From Ignavibacteriota bacterium (GTDB lineage Bacteria > Bacteroidota > Ignavibacteria > Ignavibacteriales > Melioribacteraceae), in the NCBI GenBank assembly GCA_016716225.1, contig JADJWT010000001.1:1657726-1721725 (forward strand): a DNA stretch of 64,000 bases, written 5' to 3'. The position numbers and the translations under genes are program-made. The notes under the pieces are model-generated. The model was not told the origin of the DNA, did no database searches, and saw only the letters and a program-made list of their open reading frames with translations. Shown piece by piece: positions 16,786 to 25,817 of this stretch (positions are counted from its first letter, which is position 1; each line of letters opens with the position of its first letter).

Positions 16786-17924
16786 AAAATACAATTAAAA
16801 ATATGATTGATTTTGAATTACTAACAAGAGTTAGAAATTCTGTAAACGCTGATTTATTTTTACCAGAAAAAAATAATTTAGTAAGTATAATTCCATTAGA
16901 ATTTTTTAGTCACTCTTTAAAAGTTTTAATTGATGGAAAAATATTTATTGCAGAAATTGATGAAAAGATTCCGTTAAAAGCTGAATTAATTGCTTTTGTT
17001 GTTGAAAAAAATCCAATTACGCTTTCATTAAATCTCACTCATTTATTAACAAAAAATAAAAACATACTTTTCGAACAAATAAGTGAAATATTTAAAATAA
17101 CCAATACAGAAAGGTTCAAAGAGCTAATCTCAAAAATTATTTTAGAAGAAAAGCCGTTAATAAAATCAAAGTATCTTCAATTAGAAAAAATCACTCAAAG
17201 AATTAAGGTTAAAGATTTAGAATTGACTCTTCTCATTAATTTAGTTTGGAAATATTCTGAAAAAGAAATTCCCCAAATTTTAGATCTGTATGAAAACTTA
17301 TTTGCAATATCTTTTTCAACAGTATGCAAATATTTATTCAATTCGATAAAAAATTTATTGCTGAATCAAGAAGACATTTATTTGTTAAATGAAGTTAACT
17401 CTAAATTAATTTATGATACGAAAAGAGAAAACACTTCGGCACTTCAAAATAAGTCAGAAATATTACTTAATCTTATAAAATATTTTAATGATTCGAATTA
17501 TATATCAACGGATATCGATGAATTTATAAAATTTAGCTCAATTTATATTTTGCAGAAATCAGTATTTAAGGATTACGATTTCTATCCGGATTTTGTTGTT
17601 ATAAAAAGAGGAAGCGGACTATCATTTATAAAATATAACATAAAGAAACTTTATTTATCAAACGGGTTACCTTCTTACAAATTAGAATTTGAACATGGTG
17701 AAATTCCGGCAAAGGTTAAAGGATTTTTAAGAAATAATTTTCTTGTTGGCAGTATTGATATTGAAAAATATGATAGCAATATATTGCAAAAAGAAATTAA
17801 TGATTTGAAAAATGGAATTAACGAAAAATGGCAAATAAAAACTGAACTAAATATTAATGAAGATCAAATTTATTTTGCTGAAAATAACTTTCATAAAAAT
17901 GGAATAAATAAACTTGTATCGTAA
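16782..17924 (+). CDS. hypothetical protein (380 aa) embedded in the flagellar operon
   Basis: A long ORF that is co-directional and start-overlaps the upstream gene. I recognise no motif in it. Confidence 0.55.
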   Translation: MKNTIKNMIDFELLTRVRNSVNADLFLPEKNNLVSIIPLEFFSHSLKVLIDGKIFIAEIDEKIPLKAELIAFVVEKNPITLSLNLTHLLTKNKNILFEQISEIFKITNTERFKELISKIILEEKPLIKSKYLQLEKITQRIKVKDLELTLLINLVWKYSEKEIPQILDLYENLFAISFSTVCKYLFNSIKNLLLNQEDIYLLNEVNSKLIYDTKRENTSALQNKSEILLNLIKYFNDSNYISTDIDEFIKFSSIYILQKSVFKDYDFYPDFVVIKRGSGLSFIKYNIKKLYLSNGLPSYKLEFEHGEIPAKVKGFLRNNFLVGSIDIEKYDSNILQKEINDLKNGINEKWQIKTELNINEDQIYFAENNFHKNGINKLVS

Positions 17925-17932
17925 TTATTGTT

Positions 17933-18106
17933 ATGCTAAATCTAATTATTGAAATTGCTAAAAAAATAAAATTGATAAAAAGTGAAAATATGATTTTGCA
18001 AAATTCGATTTCTAAAGTTGCAAAAGAAGATAAAACAATAAAAATAATTGCAAAAGAATTTTCGGAATTTTTAATAAGAATACAAAATAACTTGGAAAGA
18101 AAATGA
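17933..18106 (+). CDS. small hypothetical protein (57 aa) not in the supplied ORF track
   Basis: My manual translation gives MLNLIIEIAKKIKLIKSENMILQNSISKVAKEDKTIKIIAKEFSEFLIRIQNNLERK with no internal stops. Its TGA overlaps the flgF ATG (ATGA at 18103-18106). It fills an otherwise empty 178-nt gap in a tightly packed operon. Confidence 0.4.
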   Translation: MLNLIIEIAKKIKLIKSENMILQNSISKVAKEDKTIKIIAKEFSEFLIRIQNNLERK

Positions 18107-18810
18107 TAAAAGGTTTATACAATGCATCGAAAAGTATGAATGACAAAATTCATAACATACAAATTGTTGCAAATAATCTTGCCAACCTAAGTACAAATGG
18201 GTTTAAAAGAGAAATACCTTTTGCAGAATATATGGAAAGAGCCGAAAATCAAGGTGTGAAACAAGTTACGGATTTTTCGGAAGGTGAATTTATTGAAACA
18301 GACAATCCGCTTGATTTTGCAATTTCAGGCAAAGCATTTTTTGCAATCAACACAGAAAAAGGAATTGAGCTTACAAAAAATGGGCAGTTCATAATTGATG
18401 ATGAAGGATATTTATCTACAAAAGATGGTAATAGAGTCTTAGGTGAAAAGGGAAATATCAATCTTGATGAACTAATGCTAAAATCAAAAGGTGAAGTAAC
18501 AGTTACTGATGACGGTCAAATTAAAGTTGGAAAATATTTTGTTGATTATTTAAGAGTTGTAAATGTTGAACAACCAGAAATGTTGGAAAGATCAGATAAC
18601 CAAAAATTTTATTACTCAGAACAAGAATTCAATAATGTTGATCGAAGTCAGTTTAAAATTCATCAAGGATTTATTGAAGGCTCAAATACTAATCCTATAT
18701 TGGAAATGCAAGCAATGATACAATTACAAAAAGATTTTGAAGCATCACAAAAAATGATTACTTCATTGGATGGAATGTTAAGTCAAAGTAAAGAAATTGG
18801 AAAAACATAA
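18103..18810 (+). CDS. flgF: flagellar basal-body rod protein FlgF
   Basis: The N-terminus MIKGLYNASKSMNDKIHNIQIVANNLANLSTNGFKRE is a rod family signature, and the C-terminus contains GFIEGSNTNPILEMQAMIQLQKDFEA. The gene precedes flgG. Confidence 0.85.
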   Translation: MIKGLYNASKSMNDKIHNIQIVANNLANLSTNGFKREIPFAEYMERAENQGVKQVTDFSEGEFIETDNPLDFAISGKAFFAINTEKGIELTKNGQFIIDDEGYLSTKDGNRVLGEKGNINLDELMLKSKGEVTVTDDGQIKVGKYFVDYLRVVNVEQPEMLERSDNQKFYYSEQEFNNVDRSQFKIHQGFIEGSNTNPILEMQAMIQLQKDFEASQKMITSLDGMLSQSKEIGKT

Positions 18811-18823
18811 GAGGAAAAAATAA

Positions 18824-19621
18824 ATGCCAACAAGAGCTTTAAGAAGCGCGGCTTCCGGAATGTATGCGCAAGAAATTAATATTCAAGTTATATCCAACAA
18901 TATTGCTAACATGAATACAACAAGTTTTAAGAAAAATAGAGCTGAGTTTAAAGATTTGATTTATCAAGAAATTTCTGCGAATCCTCAAAACACTGTAATT
19001 CCAGGTTCGATTGAAAATACAAATACAAAAATACAAGTCGGAAGCGGTGTTAAGCCTTCTTCAACACAAAAAGTTTTTGTACAAGGTGATTTGCAGCAAA
19101 CTGGCCAGCAGCTTGATGTTGGAATTAATGGTGATGGTTTTTTCCAAGTTAGAAAAAGTGACGGTACATTTTCTTATACAAGAGACGGTTCATTTAAAAT
19201 TTCAGCAGAAGGTTCAATAGTAACATCTGATGGTTACGTTTTAGAGCCAGGATTTGCAATTCATGAAGATGTAAGAAGTTTAAGTATTTCAAGAGACGGA
19301 GTAATTACATCAACCGAAGTTGGTGGTGACATAGTTGAATTGGGTACAATTGAACTTGCAAAATTTGTAAACCCCGGGGGTTTACATGCAATCGGCGATA
19401 ACTTATATGATGAAACCGAAGCTTCCGGTTCACCTATTCTTGGACAAGCTGGACAAGAAGGATTTGGTGAATTGAATCAAGGATTTTTAGAATCTTCTAA
19501 TGTTGATATTGTTGAAGAAATGATTTCAATGATATCAGCACAAAGATCATATGAAATCAATTCTAAAACTGTTAAAACTGTTGAAGAAATGATGTCAATA
19601 GCAAATAACTTAAAAAGATAA
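18824..19621 (+). CDS. flgG: flagellar distal rod protein FlgG
   Basis: Contains ALRSAASGMYAQEINIQVISNNIANMNTTSFKK and GFLESSNVDIVEEMISMISAQRSYEINSKTVKTVEEM. Confidence 0.93.
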   Translation: MPTRALRSAASGMYAQEINIQVISNNIANMNTTSFKKNRAEFKDLIYQEISANPQNTVIPGSIENTNTKIQVGSGVKPSSTQKVFVQGDLQQTGQQLDVGINGDGFFQVRKSDGTFSYTRDGSFKISAEGSIVTSDGYVLEPGFAIHEDVRSLSISRDGVITSTEVGGDIVELGTIELAKFVNPGGLHAIGDNLYDETEASGSPILGQAGQEGFGELNQGFLESSNVDIVEEMISMISAQRSYEINSKTVKTVEEMMSIANNLKR

Positions 19622-19622
19622 A

Positions 19623-20261
19623 ATGATTTTAGCATTTAAAATATTGTTAACTACAATTCTTTTTTTTAATAACGCTGATGTTATTGAAAAGTATTTGAAA
19701 AAACATCTTACTAATGTTAAAAAGTATGAATATAAAATTCCCAATCATACAATGGATGAAATTATACCGGATGAAAGTCGTGAATTTAGACTTGAAAAAA
19801 ATTACGCATATATTCCAGTAAATATTTTTAACGGAAAGGGAGAAAAAAAACAAGGGATTGTAACAATAAAAATTAAATTATTTCAAGATGTACTTGTAAC
19901 TTCAAGATATATTAATAAAAATGAAGAATTAAGTTTAAACGATTTTAAAATTGAAGAAAAAGAGGTTTCAACATTAAGAGCTGAACCGATTTTAGATTTT
20001 AAAAACATAAATAAATACAGAGCAAGAATAAATATTTCTTCAGAATCTATAATAGAAAAAAATATGATTGAAATTATTCCAGATATAAAAAGCGGTGATA
20101 ATGTTAATGCAATTTACAATAAAGGAATAATTCAGATAAGTTTTAATGCTACTGCAAGATCCGAAGGAATTATTGGCGAAATAATAAAAATAAAAACTGA
20201 CGATAAAAAAATATTCAAAGCAGAAATTTTAAATAATAATACTGTAAAAATAATTGAGTAA
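19623..20261 (+). CDS. flgA: flagellar P-ring assembly chaperone FlgA
   Basis: The C-terminal pattern is KSGDNVNAIYNKGIIQISFNATARSEGIIGEIIKIKTDDKKIFKAEI. It has a signal-like N-terminus and sits before flgH/flgI. Confidence 0.72.
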   Translation: MILAFKILLTTILFFNNADVIEKYLKKHLTNVKKYEYKIPNHTMDEIIPDESREFRLEKNYAYIPVNIFNGKGEKKQGIVTIKIKLFQDVLVTSRYINKNEELSLNDFKIEEKEVSTLRAEPILDFKNINKYRARINISSESIIEKNMIEIIPDIKSGDNVNAIYNKGIIQISFNATARSEGIIGEIIKIKTDDKKIFKAEILNNNTVKIIE

Positions 20262-20264
20262 AAA

Positions 20265-20834
20265 ATGAAAAAGTTATTTGCATTGTTTTTAGTTATTCCA
20301 ATTTTGATAAATGCACAGAATATGAGTCAAAATGGATTTAGATCTTTATTTTCAGATTACAAAGCTGCAAGTCTTGGTGATGCAATTACAATAATTGTTG
20401 TTGAATCTTCTGAAGCATCAAATGAGGCAGAAAAATCAACCGGTAGGGAAAGTGATATTGGATTAGGCTTAGATGGGGGATTAGATGCAACAGCATTGCC
20501 TAGTGTTGATTTAGATTTAGGTTCCCGAAACGATTTTAAAGGAAGTGGTTCCGCAAAATCTTCCGGAATGGTAAGAACAAAACTAAGTGCAATGATTGAT
20601 TCGGTTTTATCAAACGGACTTCTGCGAATTAAAGGCAGTAGAAAAATTGTTATAAATGATGAAGAACAAATGATTACAATAAGAGGAATTGTAAGAACCT
20701 CAGACATTCAGACAGACAACACAGTTTATTCGTATAATATTTCTGATGCTGAAATTATTTTCCAGAGTGAAGGTCAAATTAAAAATATGCAAGACCCGGG
20801 CTGGATAACAAAACTTTTCCATTGGTTATTCTAG
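20265..20834 (+). CDS. flgH: flagellar L-ring protein FlgH
   Basis: Contains a signal peptide, SLFSDYKAASLGDAITIIVVESSEAS, FKGSGSAKSSG, and LRIKGSRKIVINDEEQMITIRGIVRTSDI. Confidence 0.88.
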   Translation: MKKLFALFLVIPILINAQNMSQNGFRSLFSDYKAASLGDAITIIVVESSEASNEAEKSTGRESDIGLGLDGGLDATALPSVDLDLGSRNDFKGSGSAKSSGMVRTKLSAMIDSVLSNGLLRIKGSRKIVINDEEQMITIRGIVRTSDIQTDNTVYSYNISDAEIIFQSEGQIKNMQDPGWITKLFHWLF

Positions 20835-20843
20835 AGGGAAACT

Positions 20844-21938
20844 ATGAAAATTTATAAATCAATTTTAGTAATTATTTTTTTTACAAATATTATTCATGCA
20901 CAAAGAATAAAAGATATTGCATATTTCAAAGGAATTAATTCTGAGCAATTAATTGGTTACGGTTTAGTTGTAGGTTTAAGTGGAACGGGTGATAGTTATC
21001 GATCAACATTTACGGTACAATCTGTAACAAGTATGTTAAAAAGATTTGGAATAACAGTTCCGGATGCAAATTTAAGAACGCGAAATGTTGCAGCAGTTAT
21101 GGTAACGGCAAAAGTTATTAATCTTGCAAAACAAGGAAGTGAATTTGATGTTTCGGTCTCATCAATGGGTGATGCAAAAAGTTTAATGGGTGGAACTCTT
21201 TTAATGACACCACTTTCCAAAAGCGATGGTAATGTTTATGCAATGTGTCAAGGGGCAATATCCATTGGCGGATATGATATAAATACAAGCAGCGGTGGAA
21301 GAGTTGCCAAAAATCATGCTTTAAGCGGCAGAATTCCAAATGGAGGAGTATTAGAAAAAGCAATTCTTGAAGAGGGTTTTATTCCAACCGAACTTAGTGT
21401 TGTTTTAAAAGAACCAGATTTTACAACTTCAAAAACAATTGCTGATTCTATCAATGCAGTTTTTGGTTCAACAGTTGCTTCAACAATTGATGCGGCAGAA
21501 GTATCTTTGGCAATTCCAGCTGGAGAAAATAATATAACCGATTTTTTATCAAGAATAGAATTAATAAATGTACAGAAAGATGTAATTGCTAAAGTAGTAT
21601 TGAATGAAAGAACCGGTACAGTTGTTTCTGGAACGAATGTAAGAATATCACCGGTTTCAATTTCTCATGGAAGTTTAAATATTACAATTAAATCATTTCC
21701 ATTAATTTCACAGCCGTCACCTTTTTCACAAGGTAACACAGTACTGTTTAACAATCAAGTTCCGGATGTGAAAGAAAATGAAAATGAAACAAGTACATAT
21801 ACAATAAACGGAGCATCAAATGCACAAGAAGTTGCAACAGCTCTAAATTCATTAAAGGTTTCCCCCAGAGATATAATTGCAATTTTCCAAGCACTAAAGG
21901 AAGCTGGTGCACTAACTGCTGAATTGGTAATAATGTAA
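20844..21938 (+). CDS. flgI: flagellar P-ring protein FlgI
   Basis: Contains RIKDIAYFKGINSEQLIGYGLVVGLSGTGDS, MLKRFGITVP, and VAAVMVTAKV. Confidence 0.93.
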   Translation: MKIYKSILVIIFFTNIIHAQRIKDIAYFKGINSEQLIGYGLVVGLSGTGDSYRSTFTVQSVTSMLKRFGITVPDANLRTRNVAAVMVTAKVINLAKQGSEFDVSVSSMGDAKSLMGGTLLMTPLSKSDGNVYAMCQGAISIGGYDINTSSGGRVAKNHALSGRIPNGGVLEKAILEEGFIPTELSVVLKEPDFTTSKTIADSINAVFGSTVASTIDAAEVSLAIPAGENNITDFLSRIELINVQKDVIAKVVLNERTGTVVSGTNVRISPVSISHGSLNITIKSFPLISQPSPFSQGNTVLFNNQVPDVKENENETSTYTINGASNAQEVATALNSLKVSPRDIIAIFQALKEAGALTAELVIM

Positions 21939-21939
21939 A

Positions 21940-22749
21940 ATGAATTCTTTAGAATTGAAAATAACGAAACCGGAATCTCATATTAAGCAAGGGAAAATTG
22001 CAGGTGATAGGTATTCTAAAGAAGAGAAAACCAAATTAGCTCAAGCTTCAAAAGATTTTGAAAGTATGCTAACAGCAATGATGTTAAAAAGCATGACAAA
22101 AACTACTGATGGATTATTTGGCAATGAGAATTACGGCGGTGATGTTTTAGATGTATTGTTTGAAACTGAAATTGCAAAACATATTTCTAATTCAAAAGGG
22201 ATGGGAATAGCAGATAAAATTTTTAATTCTATGACTGGCGACAATATTAAAGATTACAACAAAAAAAATGTAAAAAATAATAAAATAAACGAAGTTGATG
22301 AAAATGTTACTAAAGCAATAAAAGATATTGAAAATACTAAGCCAAGCAATAATGCACTAAAAAGAATAGAGAAATTTGAACCAATAATTAATGAAGCATC
22401 ACATAAATATGATGTTGACAAAAAATTAATTAAATCGATAATACTTACAGAATCTGCCGGAATTGTTAATGCGAAATCTAAAGCGAATGCAAAAGGTTTA
22501 ATGCAGTTGATGGATTCAACAGCTTCGGATATGGGAGTTATTAATCCGTTTGATCCGAAAGACAATATTAATGGTGGTGTTAAATATATATCAAAATTGT
22601 TAAAACAATTTGATGGAAATACAAATTTGGCGCTTGCGGCATACAATGCCGGACCGGGAAATGTAAATAAATATGATGGTATTCCTCCATTTAAAGAAAC
22701 TCAAAATTATATAGCAAGAGTAAATAATTACTTAAATATTTTGGAATGA
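21940..22749 (+). CDS. flgJ: FlgJ-like rod-binding protein fused to an SLT (GH23) lytic transglycosylase domain
   Basis: The N-terminal rod-binding pattern is ASKDFESMLTAMMLKSMTKT...LFETEIAKHIS. The C-terminal SLT pattern is LTESAGIVNAKSKANAKGLMQLMDSTA...LAAYNAGPGNV. Confidence 0.8.
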   Translation: MNSLELKITKPESHIKQGKIAGDRYSKEEKTKLAQASKDFESMLTAMMLKSMTKTTDGLFGNENYGGDVLDVLFETEIAKHISNSKGMGIADKIFNSMTGDNIKDYNKKNVKNNKINEVDENVTKAIKDIENTKPSNNALKRIEKFEPIINEASHKYDVDKKLIKSIILTESAGIVNAKSKANAKGLMQLMDSTASDMGVINPFDPKDNINGGVKYISKLLKQFDGNTNLALAAYNAGPGNVNKYDGIPPFKETQNYIARVNNYLNILE

Positions 22750-23207
22750 AAATGAATATTGAAAAATTGATAACAGTTTTAGAAAAGCAGAACATAAATC
22801 TCGAGAAATTATTGCAGTCTGCATTGGAAAAACAAATTGCACTTGTAAATTGCAGTAATAACAGTATAAAAGAATCTGTTTCAAAAGAAGAAAAAATACT
22901 TTTATCAATTCAAATTACAGAAGAAAATAGATTAAAGCTGATGGAAGAATTATTCAATGAACTGAAAATTCAAAATACTCGATATAAACTTGAAATACTT
23001 TTGGAAAATATAAAGAGTAAAGTGGATGATAAAATTTATAAAATTATTAAAACTCTTGAATTGAGTATAAAAAAAACTATTAAAGAAATTCAAAAAGTAA
23101 ACCAACAAAATTTAACACTTATTCAGCAATCAAGAAGTTTAATTAGTGAAACAATTACAGCTGTACTAAATTCGAAGAATAGAGCTATTGTAGATAGGAA
23201 AGGATGA
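22746..23207 (+). CDS. flgN: FlgN-like flagellar export chaperone
   Basis: A 153-aa helical protein immediately upstream of flgK/flgL. The N-terminal pattern LEKQNINLEKLLQSALEKQIALVN is FlgN-like. Confidence 0.55.
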   Translation: MKMNIEKLITVLEKQNINLEKLLQSALEKQIALVNCSNNSIKESVSKEEKILLSIQITEENRLKLMEELFNELKIQNTRYKLEILLENIKSKVDDKIYKIIKTLELSIKKTIKEIQKVNQQNLTLIQQSRSLISETITAVLNSKNRAIVDRKG

Positions 23208-23208
23208 A

Positions 23209-24567
23209 ATGGCACTAAATAGTATTTTCGGGATTGCAAAATCCAGTTTGTTTGCACATCAGCAAGCATTATCTGTAACATCAACAAATCTGGCGAACGC
23301 AAATAATCCGGCTTACAGCAGACAAGTTGTAATGTTTGGAGCAACTCCACCAGACCACAGAGCTGTATTTTCATTTGGTACCGGTGTTGCAGTTGATGAA
23401 GTTCTAAGGATTAGAAATCAAGTTACAGATACTCAAATTAGAGCAAACAATCAAAATTATTATGATGCTAATAAAAGATCATCAATGCTTAAGCAAGTTG
23501 AAAGTATGTTTTCCGAACCATCTGAATATGGTTTATCAAATTTAATAAATTCATTTTTTAACTCTTGGGATGAACTTGCTGTTGACCCATTGTCCTCTGC
23601 ATTAAGAACAAATATTGTTCAATCTGCTCAAACGCTTTCGGAAAAAATAGAAAGTATTCACAAAGGAATTAGTCAAACCAAAATTGATGTTAAAAACGAA
23701 GCTGGTGCAATGGTTGATACAATTAATGGAATAGTGGAACAAATTCATATTACAAATAAACAAATTTATGAAGCTTCAGTTGTTGATCATTACGCAAATG
23801 ATTTAATAGATAAACGTGAATCATTAATTGATGAATTAAGCCAGTATGCAAGTATAAATGTTTACTATGATAAAAATAATGTTGCAAATGTTTCAATTGG
23901 CGGAATGTTTGCTGTAGATGGATTGCATCATGTAACTTTTGATCTAGTTCAAGATGGTGAAACAATTTCTTTAATGAATGAAGAAAAATCTGCTTCTGCC
24001 ACTTTGCAAGGCGGTGAGTTAAATGGGTTACTAAAAATATTTAATGATGAGCTCCCGGATCAACTTGAAAAATTAAATATTCTATCAACAACGTTAATGG
24101 ATAATGTTAACAGTATTCATGAACAAGGACATACACTTACAAATCCTTCTAAAACCGGAATTAAATTCTTCTCACATTTGGAAAACGGGGTTCTTTATAT
24201 AAATGAAGAGATTTTGAAAGACGGCAATAATATTGCTGCAAGCAGCGATGGAACAAGCGGCGATAACAAAATTGCTTTGTTGATGGCTGAACTGCAAAAC
24301 TCTGAAGTTCTTGATGGAAATACACTTTCAGTAATGTACTCAGAGTTAATAAGCGGAATTGCAAATGAAATAAATCTGCAAGAGCAAAATGCCGAATCTT
24401 ATTCTTTGGTTTTAAATCAGCTTCAAAATCAAAAAGCGGAATATTCCGGTGTTTCAACTGATGAAGAAATGGTAAATGTTATGCAATATCAAAGATCTTA
24501 TGATGCCGCGGCAAAATTAATAAACGTTGCAGATGAATTATTAGAAACTTTAATTAACTTGGTATAA
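23209..24567 (+). CDS. flgK: hook-associated protein 1 FlgK
   Basis: The N-terminus reads IAKSSLFAHQQALSVTSTNLANANNPAYSRQ. The C-terminus reads SGVSTDEEMVNVMQYQRSYDAAAKLINVADELLETLINL. Confidence 0.88.
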   Translation: MALNSIFGIAKSSLFAHQQALSVTSTNLANANNPAYSRQVVMFGATPPDHRAVFSFGTGVAVDEVLRIRNQVTDTQIRANNQNYYDANKRSSMLKQVESMFSEPSEYGLSNLINSFFNSWDELAVDPLSSALRTNIVQSAQTLSEKIESIHKGISQTKIDVKNEAGAMVDTINGIVEQIHITNKQIYEASVVDHYANDLIDKRESLIDELSQYASINVYYDKNNVANVSIGGMFAVDGLHHVTFDLVQDGETISLMNEEKSASATLQGGELNGLLKIFNDELPDQLEKLNILSTTLMDNVNSIHEQGHTLTNPSKTGIKFFSHLENGVLYINEEILKDGNNIAASSDGTSGDNKIALLMAELQNSEVLDGNTLSVMYSELISGIANEINLQEQNAESYSLVLNQLQNQKAEYSGVSTDEEMVNVMQYQRSYDAAAKLINVADELLETLINLV

Positions 24568-24569
24568 TT

Positions 24570-25817
24570 ATGAGAGTTCCGGATACTTTACTTCAAACAA
24601 ATTTTATGAAAAATGTAAGCAAGAATAAAAGTACACTTGCAGAAATTCAGTATCAGCTAACAACACAAAGTAAAATTAATAAACCTTCAGATAATCCACT
24701 CAGCAACTCAAGAATTATGAGAATTCAAAATCAGTTAAGTAATATTGAAACTTACAAAAGTAATATAAATTATGGCCTATCAATGGTTGATGATGCAATA
24801 TTATCTATGGAAAATATGCAGACAACAGTTCAAAATACAATGATTGAACTAACAAAATTAAATTCTGCAATTGTTACTGATGAACTTGATTCATTTGCGA
24901 CCGGCATTGATTCGGCTATTGAAATATTAGTCGATTTGGCAAACAGTGAATTTAATGGTCAATATAATTTCAGCGGAACAGAGAATAGCTCAAAACCATT
25001 TTACTATGATAAGGCAAATAATATTGTTACAAATAATAGTCATATTGGCGGAGATAGAGTTGTAAAAATAGCTTCTAGTATAACACAAAAATTTAATATT
25101 TCTGGAAAGGATTTATTTTTAAGCGTTGTTAAACAAAATGGAAACCTAAATTCATCTGCCGGAGTTGGTGTTGACCAAACAACATCAAATAAAATTTATG
25201 ATTCAGAAGGCAATGAATATACTTTAAATTTAACTTACACATCAACTTCTGCTAACACCTATGATTTGAATTATAATATTGTTGATCAAGATTCAAATGT
25301 AATTTCAAGTGATACGGTTTCTGATATAACTTTTAATTCCGCAACCGGAGAATTTGAATCAATTAGCGGTGATACTTTCGGAGAAGTTAAAATACAGAAT
25401 ACTGCTAATAAAATTGATATTGTTTTAGATTTAGATTCATTGACTGAAAAAAATTCTGTTACGGAACTAAATAATTCACTAAATCAAAAAGCAGATATTT
25501 TCAATACATTAATATCAATAAAACAAAAATTGTTATCCGGTGAAAAACCAACTGCCGAACAGCAACAATTAGTTGAAGATTTTAATCAACATTTATTAAA
25601 TAAACTTTCCGAAGCCGGAGGTATTTCTAATAAATTATCAGACACTCAAGAAATTTTATTGAACAAAGAGATTGAACTCACAGAATTATTATCTATAGAA
25701 AAAGATGTTGATGTTGCAAGAGCTTTACTTGATTTGGAAAATTCCCAATACGCATTAGATGTGAGCTATAAAATATCTTCGATGATATTACCTAAATCAT
25801 TACTGGATTATATGTAA
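24570..25817 (+). CDS. flgL: hook-associated protein 3 FlgL
   Basis: It has a flagellin-like N-terminus (LAEIQYQLTTQSKINKPSDNPL) and directly follows flgK. Confidence 0.8.
   Translation: MRVPDTLLQTNFMKNVSKNKSTLAEIQYQLTTQSKINKPSDNPLSNSRIMRIQNQLSNIETYKSNINYGLSMVDDAILSMENMQTTVQNTMIELTKLNSAIVTDELDSFATGIDSAIEILVDLANSEFNGQYNFSGTENSSKPFYYDKANNIVTNNSHIGGDRVVKIASSITQKFNISGKDLFLSVVKQNGNLNSSAGVGVDQTTSNKIYDSEGNEYTLNLTYTSTSANTYDLNYNIVDQDSNVISSDTVSDITFNSATGEFESISGDTFGEVKIQNTANKIDIVLDLDSLTEKNSVTELNNSLNQKADIFNTLISIKQKLLSGEKPTAEQQQLVEDFNQHLLNKLSEAGGISNKLSDTQEILLNKEIELTELLSIEKDVDVARALLDLENSQYALDVSYKISSMILPKSLLDYM

Noticed and set aside
19011-19220. Same-strand alternative-frame ORFs inside genes. These are 19011-19220, 40859-41068, 45429-45626, 49124-49324 and 62018-62215, plus the opposite-strand ORFs 41842-42096, 42631-42840, 59984-60196 and 60620-60838.
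   Set aside because: They are fully nested in well-supported genes, and there is no independent evidence for overlapping coding.
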